64,000 bases of DNA from Bacteroidia bacterium (GCA_039931675.1 JBDTRM010000046.1:310-64309); one strand, 5' to 3'; shown: positions 47,170-55,442, numbered from the stretch's first letter. Program-made: numbers and translations. Notes: generated from the sequence alone by a model not told the origin.

Positions 47170-47337
47170 ATGAAAAAAAAGGATTTGATAATTTATGTAC
47201 CCATTTTTATAATTTTTTTACTTGAAATTTTTTGGAAAGATGGAATGGTTACAATATTTGGACATTTTGGATTAGTTATTTTGTACAGTGTCTCTGCATT
47301 GATCCTCATGATTAAAGTGATTTTTTTTAGAAAATAA
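47170..47337 (+). CDS. possible 55-aa two-TM mini-protein
   Basis: MKKKDLIIYVPIFIIFLLEIFWKDGMVTIFGHFGLVILYSVSALILMIKVIFFRK, found by hand; its stop is 1 nt before the next ATG. Confidence 0.3.
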   Translation: MKKKDLIIYVPIFIIFLLEIFWKDGMVTIFGHFGLVILYSVSALILMIKVIFFRK

Positions 47338-47338
47338 A

Positions 47339-47560
47339 ATGAGAACATTCGAACGCATAATTTTTACTTATTGTTATAAAATAACCAAAGTTTTTTTTAT
47401 ATGTATGCTTTTTATAATTAGCGTTATCGACTTATGGCCATTTAATTTAGAAAAAATGCCTCCGATCATAGCTTACCTTTTTTGGCTTTCATTAGGATTA
47501 GTGTTAGGTTGCTATTGGGCAATAGAATCTGTCAAATATTTAAATAAATATAAGGACTAA
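47339..47560 (+). CDS. possible 73-aa two-TM mini-protein
   Basis: ORF track entry; two hydrophobic helices; one of only two + strand ORFs inside array 2. Confidence 0.35.
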   Translation: MRTFERIIFTYCYKITKVFFICMLFIISVIDLWPFNLEKMPPIIAYLFWLSLGLVLGCYWAIESVKYLNKYKD

Positions 47561-47590
47561 AACGCATTCCACAGCCAGGATACTGAGGGG

Positions 47591-48259
47591 TTACCAATAG
47601 ACATTGATCTCGAATGCATTTTCAAAAGTATAATCTGTCTTTTGGATTTCTGTTATGAAATTACCTGTTAAAATGAATTTATTTTGGAAATTATAAATGC
47701 GGAAATTATTAAAATGATTATTTAATATTTTTAATTCATCCATATCTCTCGTTTCAAAAATCTTATTGTAAATAACTTTATTACCAGCTTTTGTTTGTAT
47801 GATGAATTCTCCCTGGAAACTTTGCAATGTATCCTTATCAACATTAACAGGTTTAGGATTCTCTTTAATATTCTTAAAAGAAAAAATCAGGTAATTCTTA
47901 AATCCCAAAGTTGGGGAAACAACCTCACTAAGATTAAATGCCTTCAAGAATGACTTGAATTCAACTGAATCAATTATATAGTCTCTGAAGTTACCATCGT
48001 ATATTTTAAAATCATTGGTGGAATCAGCATTTAACTTAAAAAAATAATTATTAAACATATAAAACATTTGAGTTTTATTATTTACAAAATCATGTAGATA
48101 GTATAAATTTTGCTTTCTTATATCATTTAAGGGGTCATTAAGCTTATACAATCCCATGTTCCCCTCTGGTGTAAAGTACGCTACATTACCCTCAAAGGTT
48201 TCCTGACAACCATTAAAAATTAATATTGAAAAGAATATTGCGAAATAGTAGTGTTTCAT
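47591..48259 (-). CDS. hypothetical lipoprotein
   Basis: Lipobox LIFNGC after the internal Met MKHYYFAIFFSI. Confidence 0.5.
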   Translation of the reverse strand: MKHYYFAIFFSILIFNGCQETFEGNVAYFTPEGNMGLYKLNDPLNDIRKQNLYYLHDFVNNKTQMFYMFNNYFFKLNADSTNDFKIYDGNFRDYIIDSVEFKSFLKAFNLSEVVSPTLGFKNYLIFSFKNIKENPKPVNVDKDTLQSFQGEFIIQTKAGNKVIYNKIFETRDMDELKILNNHFNNFRIYNFQNKFILTGNFITEIQKTDYTFENAFEINVYW

Positions 48260-48261
48260 AA

Positions 48262-48579
48262 TCAGATAGTTTTTATATGAAAATGCAGGAGACACATTAT
48301 TGTTAAAACGCAATTCATCACAAGAGTTAAGGCAAGTATTATTTTATAGAACAAAGATTCTGTAATCGAGGTCCTTTTTAAAAACATCTGATAAAAAAAC
48401 CACATGACGAGGTAGAATATATTTAATCCAACCAAGTAAATCAATGCATCAGGAATCAAGAAGAAAAAATAGATTGGTTTGCTTAAAAAATACATAACAA
48501 CCAAACCAATAAAACCTGTTGATATGGCAAAAAGATTAAAAGATAATCTCTTGTTTCTTAAGTAATCAGTTATTCCCAT
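48262..48579 (-). CDS. hypothetical small multi-TM protein
   Basis: 105 aa with three hydrophobic helices. Confidence 0.45.
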   Translation of the reverse strand: MGITDYLRNKRLSFNLFAISTGFIGLVVMYFLSKPIYFFFLIPDALIYLVGLNIFYLVMWFFYQMFLKRTSITESLFYKIILALTLVMNCVLTIMCLLHFHIKTI

Positions 48580-48624
48580 TATTCATTTCAAAAATATTTG
48601 GTTTGCTAAAAGTAGGAAATAAAA
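48571..48624 (-). repeat. array-2 element copy h
   Basis: + strand attcccattattcatttcaaaaatatttggtttgctaaaagtaggaaataaaaat. Confidence 0.85.
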
Positions 48625-48681
48625 ATACTGAAGCGATAAGAGTTATAAATGTATTGTGATTGGCAGAATTAAATTTTAATA

Positions 48682-49653
48682 TCAGCGAACAACAAATGCA
48701 GGAACAACATTAAAATTTCCGTCTCTTTCAAAGTAATATAATGAATCATTTTCAAACTCTTTTACTTTCATAAAAAAATGTCCCGTCCAAAATTCTTTAT
48801 CCAAAGGACTAAATTCAAAAGTAACTGTGCCGCTATAATTTTGGCCAAAAACAGTCTCTCTCATTTGAATAAAATACGTATTTCTTAACTGCGTTCTGCA
48901 TTCATCAATTTTACTGTACTCTGCAGTTCCGGAAGTGTATTGCAGTGGAAACACATTAAGCAAGGTATCCGCAACTGTCCTATAGCCTATAAAACCTATC
49001 CCGAAATACTGATCGAATTTAGTTTGATAAATAATTGTCACAAAACATTTTAAACACGAGGTGTCATAAATAATTGTGTCAACCTTGATATTTGCAATGC
49101 TATCAAGAAAGTCTTTAACAAATCTTCCGAAATAATTTTCATTTGGGTTAAATTCATTTATTGGATAGTTTTTTCTTGTTAAGGTATCAAGGTAATTTTT
49201 AAACGCATGTTCAATTTCTGTTTTATCTTTTGAGTAAGAAAGACAAATTGTGTGTTTGTTACTCGAATTTCTTATGGCTTCTTCAACATCTTTTTCCGAC
49301 TTCTCAATTATATCTCTATAAGACATATCAGGGAACCTGCTATGAAAAGGGAAGTTATTTATTCCGAAAGTGGTAAAAACAGTTATTGATAAAACAGAAA
49401 CCAAAATTATAAATGGCCTTGAAATTTTTCGGAAAAGCATTATTAAAAGTTTTGTGGAACCGAATAAAATGAAAATCTCAATTATCCAAAAAGCCCAAAA
49501 GAACATTAGACCATCGTCCCTCGTGACAAAAATTAAAAGAAAATAAATGATTGGGAAAAACGGAATATATATAAAGTATAGAATAGGAATTGTAAGGAGA
49601 ACAGAATTCAAAAATGCTGTTAGTACAAGAATAATATTACGCAGTCTGTTCAA
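48682..49653 (-). CDS. hypothetical membrane protein
   Basis: 323 aa with an N-terminal multi-TM region. The TTG start sits at the position of the element ATG. Confidence 0.5.
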   Translation of the reverse strand: MNRLRNIILVLTAFLNSVLLTIPILYFIYIPFFPIIYFLLIFVTRDDGLMFFWAFWIIEIFILFGSTKLLIMLFRKISRPFIILVSVLSITVFTTFGINNFPFHSRFPDMSYRDIIEKSEKDVEEAIRNSSNKHTICLSYSKDKTEIEHAFKNYLDTLTRKNYPINEFNPNENYFGRFVKDFLDSIANIKVDTIIYDTSCLKCFVTIIYQTKFDQYFGIGFIGYRTVADTLLNVFPLQYTSGTAEYSKIDECRTQLRNTYFIQMRETVFGQNYSGTVTFEFSPLDKEFWTGHFFMKVKEFENDSLYYFERDGNFNVVPAFVVR

Positions 49654-49692
49654 TTTTTAAATATTTTGTTTTGCGAAAAGTAGGGAATAAAT
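49651..49692 (-). repeat. array-2 element copy i
   Basis: + strand caatttttaaatattttgttttgcgaaaagtagggaataaat. Confidence 0.85.
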
Positions 49693-49768
49693 GGGTGATT
49701 AAAATATTGAGGAAGAAGGAAGCAATCAATATTTCAGAGGCACTTTCTACTTGATAATATGATCAAAT

Positions 49769-50269
49769 TCAATTTTTAAATTCAATTTCCACTACCGTTG
49801 AACCATTTAATATTTCTTTAGTTGTTCCATCTTCATTCATTTGTCTTGCTGGAATCCATCTCGGCATTTTTCTAATAATTCTAAGAGCTTCTTTGGAGCA
49901 ATCAGGGCACTTACGAAGCGGAGTAATTAAAATTGCTTTCGTTATTCTTCCCTTTTTATTTATCTCTAATTTAAAATCAACTGTGCCGTTTAGGTTAAAC
50001 ATTTTGACCTGTTCAGGTATTTTAATGTTTGCAGCAATAAATTTATTCAAAGAATCTTCACCCCCTGCAAAGTCAGGACCAAGGAATGTGCTATCTATTC
50101 CAACTCCTACATCATAAAATACTGTGTCACTGCTCTTATGCATATTTGAATCAGAAACAGGATTAATAGTATCCGCTGATAAATTACTATTGCTTTTTTT
50201 ACTTCTATCTTTTTCGGTACATGAAAAAAAGAAGAGACAACAAATAAAAATCAGTTGAAGTTTTTTCAT
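49769..50269 (-). CDS. lipoprotein with TonB C-terminal-like domain
   Basis: Lipobox FFFSC; GGEDSLNKFIAANIKIP...NGTVDFKLEINKKGRITKA...RKMPRWIPA pattern. Confidence 0.55.
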   Translation of the reverse strand: MKKLQLIFICCLFFFSCTEKDRSKKSNSNLSADTINPVSDSNMHKSSDTVFYDVGVGIDSTFLGPDFAGGEDSLNKFIAANIKIPEQVKMFNLNGTVDFKLEINKKGRITKAILITPLRKCPDCSKEALRIIRKMPRWIPARQMNEDGTTKEILNGSTVVEIEFKN

Positions 50270-50313
50270 CTTTTATTTTAAAAATATTTGGTTTATAAAA
50301 GTAGAGAATAAAA
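50270..50313 (-). repeat. array-2 element copy j
   Basis: + strand cttttattttaaaaatatttggtttataaaagtagagaataaaaat. Confidence 0.8.
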
Positions 50314-50337
50314 ATATGCACATAAAGAACTATCGGG

Positions 50338-50985
50338 TCACATGCTGAATAAGCGAGTTGTTTTGTAGATGCTCTTAATTTTCAAAAAGTCTGAAAAACA
50401 ATAATAACAAAGACTCTTAACATAAATCCCATCAGAATTAATTCTGGTGATAGTTATTAAATTATCAGTTATTCCAGCATTGGCACTGGCACACTTCATA
50501 TTTGGAATGTTTTCAGCTATTGAAATATAATTTTCATAATCAAGTTTTGATATTTTAACTTTTTTATTTTCTAATGGAAGTCCTTTAAAGTATCCATTTT
50601 TTGAATTAAATATCACGAGATCATAGAGAATATTATGACCACCACCTTCCACAGATGTTTCAACAATATCAATTCGTAAAAGGCTATCACCCTTATTCTT
50701 TTCAATAAAGTCAGCAATCCAAATTGATATCCCAAATTGAACAATGCTATCTGAAATGATTGAGTCAAAGCTACATTCAACCCCTTTTTTATACACTTCC
50801 CTTGAATCATTCGAATCTAAACCGATACATTTTAGTTCATTGAGTGAAGTAAGTTTTTTTTCTTTCCAATCTTTAAGGAACAAAGTTTTATCAAAATTAA
50901 TTGGCTTCAGATTTATCTTATGGCCCGATTTATTGCAACTAATAGAGCAGCATGAAATCAAAATAGAAATGAAGATGGCTTTCAT
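50338..50985 (-). CDS. hypothetical lipoprotein
   Basis: MKAIFISILISCCSISC; the element-encoded 20-codon uORF stops 2 nt before this ATG. Confidence 0.5.
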   Translation of the reverse strand: MKAIFISILISCCSISCNKSGHKINLKPINFDKTLFLKDWKEKKLTSLNELKCIGLDSNDSREVYKKGVECSFDSIISDSIVQFGISIWIADFIEKNKGDSLLRIDIVETSVEGGGHNILYDLVIFNSKNGYFKGLPLENKKVKISKLDYENYISIAENIPNMKCASANAGITDNLITITRINSDGIYVKSLCYYCFSDFLKIKSIYKTTRLFSM

Positions 50986-51030
50986 ATTTAGTTTACAAGT
51001 GTAAAACAAGCACTGATTTGATACTTTTTA

Positions 51031-51080
51031 CTGACAATTCCATAATTCATTTTAAAAATATTCGGATCGAAACGCACAAG
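51031..51080 (-). repeat. array-2 element copy k (distal half diverged)
   Basis: + strand tgacaattccataattcattttaaaaatattcggatcgaaacgcacaag. Confidence 0.75.
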
Positions 51081-51115
51081 ATTGTTTCAAGAATGTATTT
51101 GATGATAACTTCAAC

Positions 51116-51616
51116 TTATTTTATTATTTCTGGTTTTGGATTAGTCTTTAAATATTTTTCAAGTTTAATTGTATCGCTTATAAAATCAGTTGTAACGTAT
51201 CTTAAATGATTAAAAGTAATACCATAATATTCTATGTAATCAACAACATCATGAGTGCCTATACCTCCCTCCCTGTAACAAATTAAATAAACAGAATCAG
51301 ATAGACATACGAAGTTCAATATCCTGTCGAATTTGTAATCACCTAAAGAGGCATCCGAAAAGTTAATCTGTTTAATATCTGAACTGTCACCTATTTTAAA
51401 GGGAGAGTTGTCTAAAATGCTTAAACTATCAATGATAAATATTGGAATTGCAGATTTATCTACAGAATAAGTATATCGCTTTGATATTAAAAATTCTGAT
51501 ACCCGATTTTGTATAGTATTGGCTACTTCTGATTTGGGATTAATACAATCCGAAAAAAGTGATATTAAAAGAATTGCACCTAATACTTTCATAAGCTTTT
51601 CAATTCCATACTGCAT
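51116..51616 (-). CDS. hypothetical lipoprotein
   Basis: MQYGIEKL (element-encoded) fused in frame to MKVLGAILLISLFSDC. Confidence 0.5.
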   Translation of the reverse strand: MQYGIEKLMKVLGAILLISLFSDCINPKSEVANTIQNRVSEFLISKRYTYSVDKSAIPIFIIDSLSILDNSPFKIGDSSDIKQINFSDASLGDYKFDRILNFVCLSDSVYLICYREGGIGTHDVVDYIEYYGITFNHLRYVTTDFISDTIKLEKYLKTNPKPEIIK

Positions 51617-52149
51617 TTTAAAAATATTTGGTTTGCGAAAAGTAGGGAATAAGAGAAACTATTTAGTTTGAAAAAAGACATCTTCACCTGGGCACCAGTT
51701 ACAACTCCAAAAATGACTGACTTAAACTTATCTTCTTCAATGTTTGAATCGGTTACATAATGACCGTAAGTATTTTTTGCTAATTGATAATTTGTATAAT
51801 AGTCAAAGACAAATTTTTTGGGTACATCCCAGTCAAGGACAAATCTCTTTTTAAAATAATTCATGGAATCAGTTAAGTAAGGTAATTCCAAAATATCCAC
51901 TCCAGCATTAATTTGTAATGCCAAAATTGGCCTTATAAAAAGTGTTGTGTCAATAAGTAGTTTTCCCCTTGAAATTGATTTAACAATAGTATCATTTTTG
52001 TAAATAAATTTAATAACATCGTTATTGGAAATTGAAATTGTATCTGTGTTTTTAATAATAATTATATCAACTTCAGGAAAATGTTGCTGTGCATATAAAT
52101 TAGTTGTCAATGCCATAATCAAAACAAAAAAAATAATTCTCACATTCAT
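51589..52149 (-). CDS. hypothetical secreted protein
   Basis: Signal peptide LTTNLYAQQ; its last ~20 codons read through element copy l. Confidence 0.5.
   Translation of the reverse strand: MNVRIIFFVLIMALTTNLYAQQHFPEVDIIIIKNTDTISISNNDVIKFIYKNDTIVKSISRGKLLIDTTLFIRPILALQINAGVDILELPYLTDSMNYFKKRFVLDWDVPKKFVFDYYTNYQLAKNTYGHYVTDSNIEEDKFKSVIFGVVTGAQVKMSFFKLNSFSYSLLFANQIFLKCSMELKSL
51599..51652 (-). repeat. array-2 element copy l
   Basis: + strand ttcaattccatactgcattttaaaaatatttggtttgcgaaaagtagggaataag; lies inside the 3' end of ORF 51589..52149. Confidence 0.9.
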
Positions 52150-52190
52150 TTTTAAATCTTCACAGTTTTATTCCTAATTCAATTTTTATC

Positions 52191-52230
52191 CATTTAAAAT
52201 ATTCAGTATCCCGAATTACGCACAATGCAT
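52191..52230 (-). repeat. array-2 element, degenerate copy
   Basis: + strand catttaaaatattcagtatcccgaattacgcac; resembles the diverged copy k. Confidence 0.4.
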
Positions 52231-52319
52231 CAGACGGCAAATGTATAGCACACATTTAAGCTAGTTATTGTGCATGTATAAAGTTTTTAAAAGAAGTGGC
52301 TGTGAGCCGGGTTACCCCA

Positions 52320-53201
52320 TTATTCTTCAATATATTTCCCAATGTCTGTCGAAAATTTATAATGTCGAGTTTTAATTTGTTTATCATCTACCTCTAAAGT
52401 GCTTAAGTTATAATGAGATTTCGGTTTTACTATAGTCGTATATGAAGGAACCTTATTATTTTCCAAATAGGTTTCACTAAATCCATAGTAAAAGGAAAGT
52501 ATTTCTGTTAAAGCTGAATTTTCTAATCCATTGATGTAATACCGCTCTATTGAAAAGAGACTTTCCCCTCCTTCTAAGTAGCCTCCATTTCCTCCAAGGC
52601 CATAAGATAAACTCAAACAAGTCCATTTGTCTCCTATTTCTTTTAATTCAATTTTTGCTGGAATAAGTCCGGTAGATTTATAAGTACCAAAATATCCTAT
52701 TTCATCAATTTCCTTTTGAAATTTATATAGCTCCCACTTATTGTATTTAGTCTTATAGAATAATGCAACCCCAATTGGAACTCCACAAAAGTGACATCCT
52801 GTAGGCTCAACCTTTTTGTCGTATTCGTGCATCTGAAAATTATAGGTTGAGAAAATAGCAACACCACATTCTGTATTCTTAGTGTCTTTGAAAAACATTA
52901 TTGTGTCTAAAGAAGTATGGAATTGATTGTCATAAGAAAGTGGAATTGGTAATGAAGTCAAATCATAGTAATTTGGTTTCCACACAGCCATTTCCAAACT
53001 ATCAATTTTGGGATTGTCGAAAAGTCGAAGTAATAGTTCTCGCTTGTCAAGTGTTCTAAATGAAATTGCCTCTGTTCGGTTTGTAGCTTCAATATTAGTG
53101 CTTAGGTTATTCTTTCCTGTATTACTTTCCTTTTGTCTTTCACAACCAGGAAAAAATATAGCTAAAACAAATATAGTTAGTAACAAGGTACAATGTGTCA
53201 T
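52320..53201 (-). CDS. hypothetical lipoprotein
   Basis: Lipobox IFFPGC; its ATG overlaps the stop of the element-encoded uORF MNYPIAISEMYNRQ (ATGA). Confidence 0.55.
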   Translation of the reverse strand: MTHCTLLLTIFVLAIFFPGCERQKESNTGKNNLSTNIEATNRTEAISFRTLDKRELLLRLFDNPKIDSLEMAVWKPNYYDLTSLPIPLSYDNQFHTSLDTIMFFKDTKNTECGVAIFSTYNFQMHEYDKKVEPTGCHFCGVPIGVALFYKTKYNKWELYKFQKEIDEIGYFGTYKSTGLIPAKIELKEIGDKWTCLSLSYGLGGNGGYLEGGESLFSIERYYINGLENSALTEILSFYYGFSETYLENNKVPSYTTIVKPKSHYNLSTLEVDDKQIKTRHYKFSTDIGKYIEE

Positions 53202-53220
53202 TGTCTATTATACATTTCGC

Positions 53221-53280
53221 TGATTGCAATTGGATAATTCATTTTAAAAATATTCGGTTTGCGAAAAGTAGGGAGTAAAT
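53221..53280 (-). repeat. array-2 element copy m (promoter-proximal end of array)
   Basis: + strand tgattgcaattggataattcattttaaaaatattcggtttgcgaaaagtagggagtaaat. Confidence 0.9.
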
Positions 53281-53304
53281 GCCTGGGTTGGATAGGAGAA
53301 AATA

Positions 53305-53664
53305 TTAATATTTCGCTATTAAAACTTCGGCAGAAATATTTAACAACTCATGTAATTTGCGAATCATTGTGAGGCTCAATTTTCTTTTTCCTGTAAGCAT
53401 ATCATTGCTTTTACTTTTGTAACCCAACATGGTTTTAAGCTCTTTTTCTTTAATACCTAATTGCAACATGCGGTGCTTAATTGCTTCAATTGGATTTGGT
53501 GCCTCCACAGGATAGTGTTCCCTTTCGTAAACTTCAACCAAAATAGAAAGCAGTTCTAATTCGTCAGCTTCATCTGAGTTTGGCTTCAAATCCTTTTGCA
53601 TCAAGTTATAAATTCTCTCTAAAGCATTTTCGTATTGCTTCTCATTTTTAATGGGCTTTGACAT
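53305..53664 (-). CDS. HigA-like HTH (XRE-family) antitoxin, orphan
   Basis: N-terminal helical extension plus C-terminal HTH (MLGYKSKSNDMLTGKRKLSLTMIRKLHELL). Preceded by an AAAGGAGGT Shine-Dalgarno-like site. No HigB upstream. Confidence 0.6.
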   Translation of the reverse strand: MSKPIKNEKQYENALERIYNLMQKDLKPNSDEADELELLSILVEVYEREHYPVEAPNPIEAIKHRMLQLGIKEKELKTMLGYKSKSNDMLTGKRKLSLTMIRKLHELLNISAEVLIAKY

Positions 53665-53687
53665 ATTTTACCTCCTTTATATTTAAT

Positions 53688-53771
53688 TTATCGTATTGCG
53701 AATGAGTTCCAATCCATACTAACAATTACATCAGCTATTGCTTCCTCCCTTATCTCTAAAGAGTATTTCAT
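53688..53771 (-). pseudogene. truncated RelE/ParE-family toxin remnant (27 codons)
   Basis: MKYSLEIREEAIADVIVSMDWNSFAIR* matches the N-terminal A..D...a..W pattern of ParE-like toxins. Its ATG overlaps the antitoxin stop (ATGA). Confidence 0.5.
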
Positions 53772-54013
53772 TTGCCACGCGCAACTTTTACCTGCTGTTT
53801 TAATTGAGCAAACGAATAGCCTTTGCTTTTACCTGCATCATATCTTTTAATGCGCTCATTGATTTCTTTCCATTGTTCATCTGATAATACAGACTTGCTT
53901 TTATTTTCATTTTCAAAATCATTCATAAGGTTGAAAACAATTCGCAATAACTTTTCGTCATTCGTTTTTTTCATCAACTTATTGATGCCTGATTTTAATT
54001 CTGTTGCACTCAT
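53768..54013 (-). CDS. putative addiction-module antitoxin (small helical, TIGR02574-like)
   Basis: 81 aa; LSDEQWKEINERIKRYDAGKSKGYSFAQLKQQV is typical of this antitoxin family. Confidence 0.55.
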   Translation of the reverse strand: MSATELKSGINKLMKKTNDEKLLRIVFNLMNDFENENKSKSVLSDEQWKEINERIKRYDAGKSKGYSFAQLKQQVKVARGK

Positions 54014-54054
54014 TTTTTTTGTTTGATATTAATGAAAAGTAATTGAGTTATAAG

Positions 54055-55284
54055 TTATGCTGTAAACGCGAGCACACTCTCCTTAATAATCTCCACACAT
54101 TCATAAATCTGATCTTCAGTAATAATTAGTGGCGGTGCAAAGCGGATGGTATGGTCGTGAGTGGGTTTGGCAAGCAAGCCGTTGTCGCGCATTTTTATGC
54201 AAACGTCCCAGGCATTTTTTCCGTTGGTGGGGATGATGTCAATGGCATTGAATAAACCTTTGCCGCGCACTGCGCCAATCATAGGTGATTTAATGTTGCT
54301 TAATTCAGCACGTAAAATTTTTCCAAGGAGTTCGGCATTGTCTGCTAACTTTTCTTCAATGATCACACTCATGGCAGTCATGGCTACTCGGCAGGCAAGC
54401 GGGTTGCCACCGTAAGTGGAGCCATGCTCACCGGGTTTTATGCAAAGCATTATTTCATCATTACACAATACAGCAGACACAGGCAATAATCCACCGCCCA
54501 AAGCTTTGCCGAGAATTAAAATATCACCATGCACATTTTCATGATCGCTCGCTAACATTTTTCCTGTACGTGCAATGCCGGTTTGTATTTCATCGGCAAT
54601 AAATAACACATTATGTTTTTTGCAGAGGTCGAATGCTTTCGCAAGATAGCCTTCATCGGGCACGATAACTCCTGCTTCACCTTGTATCGGCTCCACTAAA
54701 AATCCTGCAACATTTTTATCTCGCAATGCTTCTTCAAGAGCAGCTAAATTATTAAACGGTATTTTAATATAACCTGGTGTAAACGGACCATAGTCTGTAA
54801 ACGCAGTAGGGTCAGTACTTGCAGAAACAATTGAAATGGTGCGGCCATGAAAGTTATCATTGCATACGATAATTTTTGCCTGTCCTGCTTCAACACCTTT
54901 AACCTGGTATGCCCATTTGCGGCATAGTTTCATTGCAGTTTCCACTGCTTCGGCACCTGAGTTCATGGGCAATAATTTATCATAGCCGAATAAAGTAGTC
55001 ATATACTTTTCGTACTCGCCCAATAAATCGTTATGAAATGCGCGGCTGGTTAAAGTAAGTTTTGTAGCCTGCTCCACCAAAGCATTTACAATTCGCGGAT
55101 GGCAATGTCCCTGGTTTAAAGCGGAATAAGCCGAAAGAAAATCGTAATAACGCTTGCCTTCCACATCCCAAACAAAAACACCTTCGCCCCGCGAAAGCAC
55201 TACGGGCAAAGGATGGTAGTTATGCGCTCCATATTTTTCTTCTAATTCAATGGCCAATGCCGATGTCATTTCTTTCATTCTCAT
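54055..55284 (-). CDS. rocD: ornithine aminotransferase
   Basis: [12 protein letters not shown]..., [23 protein letters not shown], class III PLP aminotransferase layout. Confidence 0.85.
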   Translation of the reverse strand: MRMKEMTSALAIELEEKYGAHNYHPLPVVLSRGEGVFVWDVEGKRYYDFLSAYSALNQGHCHPRIVNALVEQATKLTLTSRAFHNDLLGEYEKYMTTLFGYDKLLPMNSGAEAVETAMKLCRKWAYQVKGVEAGQAKIIVCNDNFHGRTISIVSASTDPTAFTDYGPFTPGYIKIPFNNLAALEEALRDKNVAGFLVEPIQGEAGVIVPDEGYLAKAFDLCKKHNVLFIADEIQTGIARTGKMLASDHENVHGDILILGKALGGGLLPVSAVLCNDEIMLCIKPGEHGSTYGGNPLACRVAMTAMSVIIEEKLADNAELLGKILRAELSNIKSPMIGAVRGKGLFNAIDIIPTNGKNAWDVCIKMRDNGLLAKPTHDHTIRFAPPLIITEDQIYECVEIIKESVLAFTA

Positions 55285-55442
55285 GTTAATAAAATTTATG
55301 CGGTTTTATAATGTGAGCGAAGGTAATTAAAGCGGGTTGAAAGAAAAAATGCGGATCATCTAAACAAAGTTTTCATGCTTGGTTTCCCTCAATTCAGTAC
55401 AGTTTAAAGAAAAACAATTCAGAATTGAAAAGCAAAAAAAAA

